A stretch of DNA of 64,000 nt from an uncultured Spirochaetota bacterium (GCA_963781885.1 CAWAHW010000007.1:448001-512000), one strand, 5' to 3'; positions 45,786-56,690 are shown, numbered from the stretch's first letter. Program-made: numbers and translations. The notes: generated by a model from the sequence alone, not told the origin.

Positions 45786-48635
45786 TCACGCCGGCAGGCG
45801 GCGGTTGAGGATCTCCCGGATCTTCGCAAGGAGCTCCTTGGTGTCGAATGGCTTCTGGACGAAATCGATGCCCGGTTCCAGCATTCCCTGCTGGAGGATG
45901 GCATTTCCCGTGTATCCCGAGATATAGAGCACCTTCACGCTCGGGCACTCCGCCAGGACGCGCTGGGCGAGCTGCTTTCCGCTCATCTGCGGCATGACGA
46001 CGTCCGTCACGAGCAGCGCGATGCCGCATTTCAGCGACTCCATCGCCGCCAGCGCCTCTTTGCCGCCCGCCGCCGCGATCACCGTGTAGCCGTTGTTCTC
46101 CAATACGCCCTGCGTGAAGCGCCGCACCATTTCCTCGTCCTCGACGAGGAGGATCGTCTCGTCGCCCTTCACGGGTGAGGCTTTCCCGACGGGCGCCGCC
46201 TTGCGGTCCACGGCCTCTTCCGTGCGCGGGAAGTAGATGGAGAAGGTGGTCCCTTCACCCAGCTCGCTGTAGCAGGTGATGTGGCCGTCGCTCTGCTTCA
46301 CGATGCCGTACACCGTCGAAAGCCCCAGGCCCGTCCCCTTTCCCTGCTCCTTGGTCGTGAAGAACGGCTCGAAGACGTGGGAGAGCACCTCATGGTCCAT
46401 GCCGTGGCCCGTGTCGCTCACCACCAGCCGCACGTACTCACCGGGCCGCACGCCGGGATGCTCCTGTGCATAGTCATCGTCGAAGACCCTGTTGGACGTC
46501 TCTATCGTGAGCTTGCCGCCCTCCGGCATCGCGTCCCGCGCATTGACGACGAGATTCATCAGGACCTGCTCGATCTGGCCCGGATCCGCCTTGATGTTGC
46601 CCGTGTCCGGCTGGAGGAATGTCCTCAGCTCGATGTCCTCCCCCACGAGCCGCGCGAGGATGTTCTCCAGCGCCCGCACGAGCCCGACCGGGTTGATGAC
46701 CCGGGGGATCAGGACCTGCTTCCTGCTGAAGGCAAGGAGCTGGCCGGTCAGGTTCGCGGCCTGCTTCGTGGCCCGGGATATCTCGTCCACCTGCGCCTTG
46801 ACCGGGCTATTGTCGGGCAAATCCTCCTGCACGAGGTCGCAGTAGCCGCCGATCACCGTCAGGAGGTTGTTGAAGTCGTGCGCAATGCCTCCGGCGAGCC
46901 TCCCGACGGCCTCCATCTTCTGGGCCTGGAGGAACTTTTCAGAGAGGGACCTCTCTTCCGTGACGTCCCTCCCGTAGAGGTTGACGTAGCCGCGGCTCGC
47001 CTGGGGGGCGATCGTGAGCATGAAGACGTTCTTGCCGTCACGCGCTTCGATGGCGCGTTTCGCACCCATTGTCCATGCCTGGCGGAGCTCTGCCATGTGG
47101 GCGGCGGGGATGCGCGGCGGCGTTCCAAGCCACGTTGCAAGAAGTGCCCGGCTGGAAGGGTTCTGATACAGGATCGCGCCGTCAAGGGAGACGCGGAAGA
47201 CGGGGTTCGGGTTTTCGTCGGGGAAACGGGCGAGGTCGTGGATGCGCTCTTCCGCGAGCTTGCGTTCGGTGATGTCGCGTCCCGTGCAGATGACGCCGAT
47301 GACCCTTCCCTGCGCATCGCGCAGAGGCGCCTTGATCGTCAGGGTCCAGCGCTTGCGCCCTTCCCGGTCGAAAGACTCCTCTTCCTGGTTGATCATGGCC
47401 GTCCCCGTCCGGATGATGGCCTGCTCGTCGGCGATATAGCGCGCGGCCTCCGCGGGGGGATAAAAATCGAGATCGGTCTTGCCGACGACGTCCTGCGCGC
47501 TCTGCAGGCCCATGACGCGCGCATTCGCCGTGTTCGTGATGAGGAAGCGGCTTTCCGTGTCCTTCACGGAGACGTAGTCGGGCAGGTTGTTGATGAGCGT
47601 GAGAAGGAGGTTTTTTTCCCGCTCCAGATTCTCTTCCAGCTGCTTGCGGCCCGTGATGTCCCGGATGGTGGAGAGGATTATGGACTCACCGGCCATCTCG
47701 AAGAGGTGATTGCTGATCTCCACGGGAATTCTGCGTCCGGTCTTGCTCACATGCACGCCTTCCCAGACGGCGTGCCTCTTCGCCTTGAGCGCGACCATCA
47801 TCGCCGGCGCGAGAGCCGCTCCCTCCGGGGAGTCGATGTCCAGGGGGGTCATCTGCAGGAGCTCGTCGCGCGTGTATCCCAGCCGTTCGCAGGCAATGTC
47901 GTTGACATCGGTGATCCGGCCGGGGAGCCCCTCCGGCGTGAGCCCGTGCACGAAAACCGCGTCGTTGATGCTGTTGAAGAGCAGACGGTAGCGCTCCTCG
48001 CTCTTGCGAAGGGCCTCTTCCGTGAGCTTACGATCCGTGATGTCGTGGGAGATGCCGAATGTCCCGACGATGGCGCCATTCTTGTCGCGCAGCGGCATCT
48101 TCGTCGTGAGGACCCAGGTGTCGGGACCGTTGGGCCAGGTCTCTTTTTCTTCCTTGTTGATGATGGGCTGGCCAGTGCGGATGATGCGCTGCTCGTCCTC
48201 GTAGGCGGCGCGCGCGTGCTCCTCCGTGAAGAGGTCGAAATCGGTCTTGCCTATCGAGTTCCCCAGGGATTTTTGACGCGTCCCCTTCAGGTGCCCTTTG
48301 CTGACATGGAGGAACCTACCCTGCAAATCCTTGAAATAGACCCTGTCGGGAATGTTCTCATCCAGGGCCTCCATCAGGAGCATGCGCGCGTGGTCGAGCT
48401 CCTCATCGGCTTTCTCATCGGGATTCTGGAGCTTCAGGAGCGCCTCGCGCGCCTTCTGGAAAGCCTCTACGCTTTCGCGCGACCGGCGCAGGAGACCGTC
48501 CACCGCATCCGCCAACCGGTCGAGCTCGTCCCCGTTTCCTGTCCGGGTTGCTCCGATCGAGGGGTCTCCGGGCGAGGCATTCTTGATTGATTCGATGAGC
48601 ATTGCGAGACGGTGCTCGAATGACCGTTCTTCCAT
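45786..48635 (-). CDS. Cytoplasmic multi-PAS hybrid histidine kinase with receiver domain
   Basis: PAS/PAC repeats ([16 protein letters not shown]); H-box [11 protein letters not shown]; NARDAM, DTGHGM, GTGLGL; receiver [12 protein letters not shown]. Confidence 0.93.
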   Translation of the reverse strand: MEERSFEHRLAMLIESIKNASPGDPSIGATRTGNGDELDRLADAVDGLLRRSRESVEAFQKAREALLKLQNPDEKADEELDHARMLLMEALDENIPDRVYFKDLQGRFLHVSKGHLKGTRQKSLGNSIGKTDFDLFTEEHARAAYEDEQRIIRTGQPIINKEEKETWPNGPDTWVLTTKMPLRDKNGAIVGTFGISHDITDRKLTEEALRKSEERYRLLFNSINDAVFVHGLTPEGLPGRITDVNDIACERLGYTRDELLQMTPLDIDSPEGAALAPAMMVALKAKRHAVWEGVHVSKTGRRIPVEISNHLFEMAGESIILSTIRDITGRKQLEENLEREKNLLLTLINNLPDYVSVKDTESRFLITNTANARVMGLQSAQDVVGKTDLDFYPPAEAARYIADEQAIIRTGTAMINQEEESFDREGRKRWTLTIKAPLRDAQGRVIGVICTGRDITERKLAEERIHDLARFPDENPNPVFRVSLDGAILYQNPSSRALLATWLGTPPRIPAAHMAELRQAWTMGAKRAIEARDGKNVFMLTIAPQASRGYVNLYGRDVTEERSLSEKFLQAQKMEAVGRLAGGIAHDFNNLLTVIGGYCDLVQEDLPDNSPVKAQVDEISRATKQAANLTGQLLAFSRKQVLIPRVINPVGLVRALENILARLVGEDIELRTFLQPDTGNIKADPGQIEQVLMNLVVNARDAMPEGGKLTIETSNRVFDDDYAQEHPGVRPGEYVRLVVSDTGHGMDHEVLSHVFEPFFTTKEQGKGTGLGLSTVYGIVKQSDGHITCYSELGEGTTFSIYFPRTEEAVDRKAAPVGKASPVKGDETILLVEDEEMVRRFTQGVLENNGYTVIAAAGGKEALAAMESLKCGIALLVTDVVMPQMSGKQLAQRVLAECPSVKVLYISGYTGNAILQQGMLEPGIDFVQKPFDTKELLAKIREILNRRLPA

Positions 48636-48902
48636 CACCCCCCCTCGTTCGCCGGGGACGTTTTCGCGGTTTCGCCCCAGGGATCGAGTCCACACCCGCG
48701 TGCGTTGCCGATTGATGCAATTGTACCATGAATTGCGCATCTCGCAATGGCAAAAAAAGATGTTTGCGAAGGCTTTCACGCCCTTTTTCGATGGGGATGG
48801 ACTCCGTACGGAGCGGGATGGACGAAAGCTGCCTGCCAAGAGTACCTTTCTCCAAGCTGCGGGCGGCCTTTGGCTGCTTCAGCGGCAACCGTTCAGGAAG
48901 CC

Positions 48903-49679
48903 ATGACAGCGGAAGAATTGACGACCGCCTGCGGGCGAAAGGTCTTTTTTCTCTACCCTCACAGCGTGCTCAACGAGGAGCTGCTCATCGAGATCCTGTC
49001 TCATGAGTTCGAAATCTACAGCCTGCGCGATCACGACGCGGCGGTGAAGGTGGCGGCGGCCTGGCAGGGATCCATTTTCTTCCTGAACATCGACGAAGCC
49101 CTCAAGGAACACCAGTGGGAGGCGTGGGTACGTGGGGTGCTGCGCTCCCCCGGCACGGCCTCCACCCGTCTGGGCATCCTTACGTACAACCCGAGCCCCG
49201 CGCTTGCCCAGAAATACCTCATGGATCTCATGCTCCCCTGCGGGTTCATCCAGTTGAAGCTCGGCCTCGCGGAGGCGAAAGGCATCATCCTGAAGACGCT
49301 CGAGGCGAACGAGGCGCGGGGCAGGCGCCGTTTCGTCCGGGCGCAATGTACGGAGCGCTCGAAGGCAACTTTCAATGTCAGCACGGAGGAGGGCATGGTG
49401 ACGGGCAGCGTCCTGGACATCAGCGTCGCGGGCATGACATTCCGATTCGACTCCGCCTTCGAGCTGTCGCTCCAGACCCCGCTGCGCGACGTGCAGCTCA
49501 GGTTGAAAGGTTCCCTTTGCCGGCTATCCGGCACCTTCATGGGCTCCGTGCGCGGTCAGGCCGGCTGCAATCTCATGATGTTCCATGCCCTGAGCGACGA
49601 AAACGCCGCCAGGATCCATCGCTTCATCTTCCAGGCCCTGCAGGAGGAAATGGGCGAGTTCGTCCGCGGCCACGCGTAG
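48903..49679 (+). CDS. PilZ-domain protein
   Basis: RGRRRFVR (RxxxR) and DISVAG (DxSxxG) c-di-GMP motifs after an N-terminal alpha/beta domain. Confidence 0.8.
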   Translation: MTAEELTTACGRKVFFLYPHSVLNEELLIEILSHEFEIYSLRDHDAAVKVAAAWQGSIFFLNIDEALKEHQWEAWVRGVLRSPGTASTRLGILTYNPSPALAQKYLMDLMLPCGFIQLKLGLAEAKGIILKTLEANEARGRRRFVRAQCTERSKATFNVSTEEGMVTGSVLDISVAGMTFRFDSAFELSLQTPLRDVQLRLKGSLCRLSGTFMGSVRGQAGCNLMMFHALSDENAARIHRFIFQALQEEMGEFVRGHA

Positions 49680-49829
49680 CCAGGGACGGCGAGGGCCGAC
49701 GAGGCCAGGGATGGCCGGCAGGAGGCCCGTAGACACGGTACTCCGTGCGAAGGGCGGCAGCACGGCCGCTCCTGGCGGCATTTGGCGCCGCGCAGCGGAC
49801 GGCCAGGGCTCCGGGCGAAATCGTCTCTC

Positions 49830-50907
49830 CTACTCGCCTGCCTTGACCCGGGTCCAGACCTGGTCGTAGAGGGTCGTTGCGTCGCGCACGTCCTCCAGCA
49901 TCACCATCTTCGCCGTGTCTGCATCCGACGGATAGACGCGCGGATCGTCGCGCATCTCGGGCTTGATGAGGCTGAGGCTCGCCGCGTTCGGTGTCGCGTA
50001 TTCGAGGTAGTTGGAGAGCTGCGCCCCCACGTCGGGCTTGAGGATGTAATCGATGAACTGGTAGGCGCCGACGGGATTGGGCGCCTGCGCGGGGATGGTC
50101 ATTGCGTCCACCCAGATGATCGTGCCTTCCTTCGGCACGACGAAATCCGTGTTCGCGTCCAGCTTCGCCACCGCGTCCCCGTTGTAGGCGATGCCCAGCC
50201 ACGCGTCGCCGGCAAGGACCTTGGCGACGCTGTCGGGACTGCCGTAAAAGCCCACCATTTTTTTCGTCCGCGCGGTGCGCAGGAGATCGCCCGCTGCCTT
50301 CAGCTCGTCCGCGGAACGGGTGTTCGGGGAGTATCCCTTCGTGAAAAGGGCGGCTGCCATGAGGTCCCGCATCGAGTCGATGAGAACCACCGGCCCGGGC
50401 TGCGACGCCGGGATCCAGGAGCGCCTTCCAGGATGGGGAGAAGCCGGGGAGCTTGTCCTTGCGGTAGACGATGCCCATCGTGCCCCACTGGTACGGCAGG
50501 CTGTAGAGACCCTGGGGATCGTAGGCAGGCTTTGCGAACCGGGCGGCGACGTTTTTCGCGTTCGGGATGCGCGACAGGTCGAGCTTCCGGAAGGTGCCCT
50601 TTGCCGCCATCACGGGGATGGCGTGGTCGGAGACAACCACCACGTCGTACTGGTCGCCGGCGCTTGCAACCTTGCTCATCATCTCCTCGGTGCTTTCATA
50701 CGTGTCCAGCACGATCTTCATGCCCGTTTCCTTCTGGAACCGGTCCACGAGCGCCGGGTCGATGTATTCCGAGTACATGAAAACGGTGACGGTCTTGCCT
50801 GCCGGAGGCAGGGACGCGTTCGTGCCTCCGGCCGCGCCCGATTGGTTCCTGCTGCACGCGGAGAGAAGAACGCAGCACGCGGCAAAAATGGTCAGTGTCG
50901 TCCGCAT
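49830..50907 (-). CDS. potD: Spermidine/putrescine-binding lipoprotein, 1-nt frameshift near 50410
   Basis: Lipobox LSAC; YSEYIDP, YSLPYQWGTMGI, PKEGTIIWVDAM; removing one C in GATCCCGG restores LDPASQPGPVVLID. Confidence 0.85.
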
Positions 50908-50910
50908 CGA

Positions 50911-51738
50911 TTATTCCTCCTTGGGGCTTCGAGTGAAGAGCTGCAGACCCAGCACGAGCGTTACCGTCACCAGGAAAACAATGGTGGAAAGCGCGTGGAT
51001 GTCCGGCGAGACCCCCCGGCGCAGCGAACCGTAGATGTAGAGCGGAAGCGTCACCGAGGAGGGGCCGGAGGTGAAGAAGCTGATGACGAAGTCGTCCAGC
51101 GACAGCGTAAAGGCGAGCATGGCTCCCGCCACGATGCCGGGGGCTATCAAGGGAAGTGTGACCGTGCGCAGGGAGTGCCACGTGTCGGCGTACAGATCGC
51201 GCGCAGCCTCCTCCACCGACCTTCCCAGGGTGGCCAGCCGGCTTCCGACCACGAGCGCGACGAAGCTGATCTGGAACGTGACGTGCGCGACGATCATGGT
51301 GCCCAGGCCCAGCCGCAGCCCTCCCATCGCCTGCCGGACGGCCTCGAAGGCGAGCAGCATGCCGACGGCAAAGACGATGTCCGGAGTGACGACGGGGATG
51401 TAGACCACAGCGTCAACGATGCGCCGCATCCATCGGGGCCAGGGGAAGCGCTCCAGGCCGATCGCCAGGAGCGTGCCCAGCACCGTGGAGATCGCCGTGG
51501 AGACCGCCGCGAGGATGAGGGTGTTGAGAGCCGCCTGGAGGACAACCTGGTTGTGCAGGAGCTGGGCATACCAGCGGAGGCTGAAGCCCTTCCACGCCAC
51601 GCCGAAGCGCGCCGCGTTCACCGACATGGCCGCCACCGCGGCAAGCGGCAGGTAGAGGAACACCATGGTGGCCGCGGCGATCGCGGAGAGAAGCCAGTGG
51701 GAGCGGCGGACGCCCACGGCCGGTTCGGCGCGGCTCAC
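50911..51738 (-). CDS. potC: Spermidine/putrescine ABC permease
   Basis: FLYLPL, GFSLRWY, VEEAARDL, AFTLSLDDFVISFF; GTGA overlap with the potB stop. Confidence 0.88.
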   Translation of the reverse strand: MSRAEPAVGVRRSHWLLSAIAAATMVFLYLPLAAVAAMSVNAARFGVAWKGFSLRWYAQLLHNQVVLQAALNTLILAAVSTAISTVLGTLLAIGLERFPWPRWMRRIVDAVVYIPVVTPDIVFAVGMLLAFEAVRQAMGGLRLGLGTMIVAHVTFQISFVALVVGSRLATLGRSVEEAARDLYADTWHSLRTVTLPLIAPGIVAGAMLAFTLSLDDFVISFFTSGPSSVTLPLYIYGSLRRGVSPDIHALSTIVFLVTVTLVLGLQLFTRSPKEE

Positions 51739-52643
51739 AGGAAGCTCACCTCGTCGCCGGACCGGCGCAGGATGAGGAGGCCCACCATGGTGAGGAAGGT
51801 GAGCACGAGGCTCACCGCCGCGCCGAAGGGGAAGTCGCGGCTCACGCCGAACTGGTGCTGGATGAGATTGCCGAGCATCCACGACTTTCCGCCGCCCAGC
51901 AGGTCGGGGATGAGGAATGCCCCCATGGCCGGGATGAAGGTGAGCACGATCGCGGTCACCAGCCCGGGCAGCGTCTGCGGAAGGATGCCGTTGAAGAATG
52001 TCCGCACGGGCCGCGAATACAGGTCGCGGCTTGCCTCCACGATCGCCCAGTCCAGCTTTTCCACGTTCGTGTACAGCGGGAGCACGGCAAAGGGCAGCGA
52101 GTTGGAGACCATGCCGATGTAGACGGCGAGCGTGGAAGGATACAGGGCCTCGGACGGCCCGATGAGGTGCAGCGCCTGCGCCAGGAGCGCGGGCGGCATC
52201 TGGTTGCCCAAGAGCAGCATCCACGCGTAGGTCCGGATCACGAGATTCGTGCAGAAGGGGATGATGATGAGCGTGAGCCACAGGTAGCGCCGCGACGGTC
52301 GTCGCTGCGCGATGAAGAAGGAAAGCGGGTAGGCCAACGCGAGCGTGATGATGGTGGTGACGGTCGAAATGACGAGCGTGGTGCCGAGGATCACGAGGTA
52401 CGATTTTGTCCAGCCGAACGCGTCGTAGCCGGCCAGGCGCGCGAAGTTCTGCAGGGAGAACGTCCACTCGATGTCGCCCGCGGCCGCCCGCGACGCGACG
52501 GACCATGCGACCATCGCGCCCAGCGGGGCGACGAGCAGGACGACGATCCAGACCAGGGGGACGGCCAGCAGCGCAAGGCCGCGCGTCGTGAGCTTTCGTG
52601 TCGTGGCGAGCTCCCCGTACCAGACGAGGAGCCTATTCACCAA
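51735..52643 (-). CDS. potB: Spermidine/putrescine ABC permease
   Basis: TNLVIRTYAW, LPFAVLPLY, IVEASRDL, FIPAMGAFLIPDLLGG. Confidence 0.88.
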   Translation of the reverse strand: MVNRLLVWYGELATTRKLTTRGLALLAVPLVWIVVLLVAPLGAMVAWSVASRAAAGDIEWTFSLQNFARLAGYDAFGWTKSYLVILGTTLVISTVTTIITLALAYPLSFFIAQRRPSRRYLWLTLIIIPFCTNLVIRTYAWMLLLGNQMPPALLAQALHLIGPSEALYPSTLAVYIGMVSNSLPFAVLPLYTNVEKLDWAIVEASRDLYSRPVRTFFNGILPQTLPGLVTAIVLTFIPAMGAFLIPDLLGGGKSWMLGNLIQHQFGVSRDFPFGAAVSLVLTFLTMVGLLILRRSGDEVSFL

Positions 52644-53703
52644 GCGCCTCCAGCTGCCGGGCAGGGAGCTCGAGCCATATCTGCTCCCCGGGTTTCATCC
52701 CGGCGCGCGGCAGGCCGCGCACGTGGAGATTCCCCGGCTGCACGTAGACGTCGAGATGGTCGCCGCGGTAGATCACTTCGGAGATGATGGCGCGGATTCC
52801 ATTGGAGGACGGCTTGGCCGACCGCACGATGATCTGCTCGGGCCGGATGGAGAGGAATCCCTTTTCCCACTGCGGATGCGCGCGGGGCACGAGGTTTCCC
52901 AGCTCCGTGTGCACCGTGCCGTTCGTCCGCCACGCGATGATGAGATTCGTCGTGCCGAGGAACTCCGCGACGAAGCGGTTGGCAGGCCGGTCATAGACCT
53001 CCGCGGGAGGTCCGGACTGCACGATGCGCGCATCCCGCATCACGAAGATCCTGTCGCTCACCGTCATGGCCTCGTTCTGGTCGTGCGTCACGAGGATGAA
53101 GGTCTTTCCCAGATGACGCTGGAGCCGGCGCAGCTCGAGCTGCACCTCGGCGCGCAGCTTTGCGTCCAGCGCGGACATGGGCTCGTCCAGCAGGAGCACG
53201 TCGGGATGGTTCACCAGCGCGCGCGCAAGGGCCACCCGCTGCTTCTGTCCACCGGAGAGCTGCGTGATGCGCCGTTTCGGCATCTCCTCGAGGTGCAGCA
53301 TCTCCAGCACCTCGCGGACGCGACGGTCCACGTCGGGACCGCTGAACCTGCGGGCCCGCAGGCCGTAGGCGATGTTCTCAAAGACGTCGAGGTGGGGAAA
53401 AAGGGCATAGTTCTGGAAAACCGTGTTCACGGGGCGCTTGTTGGCGGGGATGCGCGTCACATCGGCGCCGCCCACGGCCACGCGTCCCCGATCGGCGAGC
53501 TCGAGGCCCGCCACGATCCTCAACAGTGTCGTCTTCCCGCAGCCCGATGGGCCCAGGAGCGTGACAAACTCTCCGCTTCTTACCTTCAGCGATACATCGT
53601 CGAGAGCCGTCACAGGACCGAAGTTTTTGCTCACCCCGGTGACGGCAAGGTCGCACCCGGCGGCATCGTCGTCGGAAAGCGTCCGCTCCCCGGCAACGAC
53701 CAC
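52633..53703 (-). CDS. potA: Spermidine/putrescine ABC ATPase (start uncertain)
   Basis: GPSGCGKTT, NTVFQNYALFPH, LSGGQKQRVALARA, LLLDEP, VTHDQNEA; TOBE-like C-terminus. Confidence 0.9.
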   Translation of the reverse strand: MVVAGERTLSDDDAAGCDLAVTGVSKNFGPVTALDDVSLKVRSGEFVTLLGPSGCGKTTLLRIVAGLELADRGRVAVGGADVTRIPANKRPVNTVFQNYALFPHLDVFENIAYGLRARRFSGPDVDRRVREVLEMLHLEEMPKRRITQLSGGQKQRVALARALVNHPDVLLLDEPMSALDAKLRAEVQLELRRLQRHLGKTFILVTHDQNEAMTVSDRIFVMRDARIVQSGPPAEVYDRPANRFVAEFLGTTNLIIAWRTNGTVHTELGNLVPRAHPQWEKGFLSIRPEQIIVRSAKPSSNGIRAIISEVIYRGDHLDVYVQPGNLHVRGLPRAGMKPGEQIWLELPARQLEALGE

Positions 53704-53896
53704 TCCTTTCGCGGCACCCCGCTCCAATTGGAGCGTCGCCGCGTCCCCGGCCGAAGCCAGGGCACCTAGCGCGGGGGCAACCACCCCCGACAGATCGTAC
53801 TGCCTTTCCAACTCAGACGGACCTCCTTGCTTCACATGAAGCTGGACAACGCACGAAGCCCCTCCGGTCGAACCGATTCCTGTTCCGTGCACGCGC

Positions 53897-53927
53897 AGTG
53901 TATGCGAACATTGAATATTTTTTCAAT
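53897..53927 (-). promoter_or_regulatory. pot operon promoter with overlapping inverted repeat
   Basis: TTGAAA-18bp-TACACT; ATTGAA-N6-TTCAAT at 53910-53927. Confidence 0.5.
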
Positions 53928-53955
53928 ACCTTTTCGGCAGAAATATCCTTCTTTG

Positions 53956-54393
53956 CTACGGATTTTCTTCGCGTCGGGAGACCTTTCCGACCCGGGTGGT
54001 GGCGACGAATCGTGCGCTCGCCTCCGCGACGATGCTTCCCTCCGCGTCGTAGAGCCAGCCCTGCGTGAGGAGGATGCGGCCGCGCGCCTCCTCCACCTTG
54101 CCCACGGCCCGCAGCGTGGCTCCGGTCTCCACGGCCTTCTGATAGCGGACGGTGATCTCCGCCGTGACGGCCTGCTGGGAGATGCCGACGCAGGCGTGGG
54201 CCATGATCTCGTCCAGCAGCGTCGCCAGAAGGCCGCCGTGGGTCATGCTCTTCCAGCCCGAGAACCACGTCGGGACGGAAAGGCTCGTCTCCGCGATCCC
54301 CTTCTCCGGATAGGCCACGACGATGTGGAGGCCGCGCTCGTTGTCGGCCCCGCAGCAGAAGCAGTGGGAATCGCGATCGATCGTCACGCTCAT
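53956..54393 (-). CDS. PaaI-family hotdog thioesterase
   Basis: CFCCGADNERGL, THGGLLATLLDE, VTAEITVRYQK. Confidence 0.88.
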   Translation of the reverse strand: MSVTIDRDSHCFCCGADNERGLHIVVAYPEKGIAETSLSVPTWFSGWKSMTHGGLLATLLDEIMAHACVGISQQAVTAEITVRYQKAVETGATLRAVGKVEEARGRILLTQGWLYDAEGSIVAEASARFVATTRVGKVSRREENP

Positions 54394-54568
54394 GGGCAGC
54401 GCTTCCCATTTTGCACCGCCTGGAGGCGAACGGTCGGAACAAACGGTGCCATGATGCCGCTTTTTTGATCGGGCAAAAGGGGAAGCGCTCTAACCGAATG
54501 GCAAGCCAGTTGCATGTTCATGGGGGCAAAGATACTGCAAAGGCGGCGCCTCACGCTATGATGCGGCC

Positions 54569-55045
54569 ATGAAGCCCGCAGCAAAAACGAATGCGCTCCG
54601 CATCGTCGAATCTCTCGGCATTGCCGTGGAGGTGGCCACACACGCCGTCGGTGAGGAGCACTTCGACGCCGTGACGGTCGCGGGCATGCTCGGCGTGAAC
54701 CCCGACATCCTGTTCAAGACGCTCGTCGCCCGCGACGAGCGCGGCGCCCCGCTGGTCTTCATCGTGCCCAGCAACGGGGAGCTCGACCTGAAAAAGGCGG
54801 CGCTCGCGGCGGGGGTGAAGAAGGTGGAGCTCATTGGCCTCAAGGAGCTCACGCCCCTCACCGGTTACGTGCGAGGCGGCTGCTCGCCGGTGGGCATGAA
54901 GAAGAAGCTCCCCACCTGGATCGACGAGATCGCGACCGGCTATGAGAAAATCTACGTGAACGCGGGGGCGCGCGGCATGCAGATGATCATCACCCCGGCG
55001 GATCTTCTGCGCGCCGCGGATGCCCGCACGGCGGATCTCGTATGA
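54569..55045 (+). CDS. ybaK: Cys-tRNA(Pro) deacylase
   Basis: KTNALR, FKTLV, LDLKK, TGYVRGGCSPVG, VNAGARG. Confidence 0.92.
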   Translation: MKPAAKTNALRIVESLGIAVEVATHAVGEEHFDAVTVAGMLGVNPDILFKTLVARDERGAPLVFIVPSNGELDLKKAALAAGVKKVELIGLKELTPLTGYVRGGCSPVGMKKKLPTWIDEIATGYEKIYVNAGARGMQMIITPADLLRAADARTADLV

Positions 55046-55929
55046 CGACCTCCGCACCATCGCGTTCGCTCTCCGTGGCATCGGCCGCCGTCATCACCAT
55101 CGTGTTCTGGGGATCGGCATTTGCCGGCATCCGCGCCGGGCTGCATTCCTATTCGCCGACGCATCTCGCCCTGCTCCGCTTCGTCTCCGCCTCCGCGGCC
55201 CTCGTGGTGGTCGCGCTCGCCACGCGAATGCGCCTCCCGCGTCTGCGCGACGTCCCCCTGGTATTCTTGCTCGGGTTTCTTGCATTCGCGTTCTATCCCG
55301 TCGCGCTCAATATCGGCGAGCAGATGATCCCCTCCGGGCCCGCCGCGGTCCTGATCCAGACCATTCCGATCTGGACGGCGCTCGCGGCCACCGTCTTTCT
55401 GGGGGAGAGGCTGCGCCCGTGGGGATGGGGGGGCATCGGCGTCAGCTTCGCGGGCGCGCTTGCCATCGGGCTCGGCAAGGGCTCCGGCGCGGGGCTGAGC
55501 TGGGGAGCGGCGCTGATCGTGGCGGCGGCGATTTCCGGCAGCGCCTACAACATCATCCAGAAGCGGATGCTCGACCGCTACCGGCCCGTGGAGATCACGA
55601 CGTGGGCGATATGGGCGGGAACGATCCTCCTGCTCCCGTTTACCGGTGGGCTTTTCAGAGAAATACGCGCCGCGCGGATCTGCGACACGCTCGCGGTCAT
55701 CTACCTGGGGGTGTGCCCCGCCGCGCTTGCCTACGTGACCTGGGCGGTCGTCCTTTCGCGTCTTCCCGCGTCGCGCGCGTCGAGCTTCCTCTTCGTCGTG
55801 CCGATCGTGGCCTTTCTCATCGGCTGGGCGTGGCTGGGGGAAGTCCCGGCCTGGAGCGATCTCGTCGGCGGCGCCCTCGCGATGGGCGGCGTCGCGCTTG
55901 TCCTCACGCTGGGCCGGCCCCGCGCATGA
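55042..55929 (+). CDS. EamA/DMT family transporter
   Basis: WGSAF, LALLRF, FLGERL, two EamA repeats. Confidence 0.9.
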   Translation: MTTSAPSRSLSVASAAVITIVFWGSAFAGIRAGLHSYSPTHLALLRFVSASAALVVVALATRMRLPRLRDVPLVFLLGFLAFAFYPVALNIGEQMIPSGPAAVLIQTIPIWTALAATVFLGERLRPWGWGGIGVSFAGALAIGLGKGSGAGLSWGAALIVAAAISGSAYNIIQKRMLDRYRPVEITTWAIWAGTILLLPFTGGLFREIRAARICDTLAVIYLGVCPAALAYVTWAVVLSRLPASRASSFLFVVPIVAFLIGWAWLGEVPAWSDLVGGALAMGGVALVLTLGRPRA

Positions 55930-55941
55930 CGGGCGGTGGCC

Positions 55942-56355
55942 CTACCGGCGGCGCCCGCTCTTCGGCGCGCTGAAGAGCAGGAGCTTGCGCGCGCCGAAGT
56001 TCCAGAAAAAGACCAGTGACGCCGCGATGATTTTCGAGATCAGGTAATGGATGCCCGCAAGGTCGGTCAACGCCCAGAGCAGGAGCTCGTTGAGACCGAG
56101 CCCGACCGCCCCCACGAGCACGAAAAGACCGTACTCCACCCGGACGGACGCGGACCTCATCTCGAATATGAAGCGGATGGAAAGGATGTAGCTCGCCGTC
56201 GTGCCCAGGATGAAGGAGAAGGCCGCGGAGAGCAGGTAGTGGAGTCGGGCCACTTCGGTGAGGAGGGCGAGCGCGCCGAAATCCAGGCCGAAGGCGAGAA
56301 GGCTCGCGGCCATGGACAGCAGGAGCTGGCCGCGCGTGGTCGTCGGTTTTCTCAT
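55942..56355 (-). CDS. GtrA-family membrane protein
   Basis: Four TM helices; LHYLLSAAFSF, YLISKIIAASLVFFWNFGARK. Confidence 0.85.
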   Translation of the reverse strand: MRKPTTTRGQLLLSMAASLLAFGLDFGALALLTEVARLHYLLSAAFSFILGTTASYILSIRFIFEMRSASVRVEYGLFVLVGAVGLGLNELLLWALTDLAGIHYLISKIIAASLVFFWNFGARKLLLFSAPKSGRRR

Positions 56356-56362
56356 GGCGTAT

Positions 56363-56391
56363 AAAAAAGCCCCTGGAGCTCACCAGGGGCT
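56363..56391 (-). terminator. Rho-independent terminator
   Basis: AGCCCCTGG-TGAGCT-CCAGGGGCT followed by a T run on the minus strand. Confidence 0.75.
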
Positions 56392-56411
56392 ATCGTATGC
56401 AGCGACGTCTC

Positions 56412-56690
56412 CTACCAGATCTTCAGCAGGGTTCCCGCGCGCGAGAGGTACCACACGAGGATGACGCCCGTGACCCCCGCCATGCCGAAGAACCAGAGGT
56501 TGAGCGAGCCACCCTCTTCCCGCGCCGCGAGGCCGATGACGATGGCGATGACGAGCGCCGCCACGAAACCGATGATCGCGAAGATGCCCGCGATGAGGAT
56601 CTCGCTGTAGATGGAGACATAGCAGAAGGCGAAGCTGAACACGAGGAGGAGGAAGAGACCGAAGATGAATACGAGGAAATTCCTTGTCAT
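56412..56690 (-). CDS. Small three-TM hypothetical membrane protein
   Basis: AAGGAG SD; strongly hydrophobic 92 aa; terminator downstream. Confidence 0.7.
   Translation of the reverse strand: MTRNFLVFIFGLFLLLVFSFAFCYVSIYSEILIAGIFAIIGFVAALVIAIVIGLAAREEGGSLNLWFFGMAGVTGVILVWYLSRAGTLLKIW

Noticed and set aside
53711-53830. Match of the potA leader to cobalamin, guanidine-I or SAM riboswitches
   Set aside because: Only a short AGGTGCCC resemblance; the conserved cores of those classes are not visible
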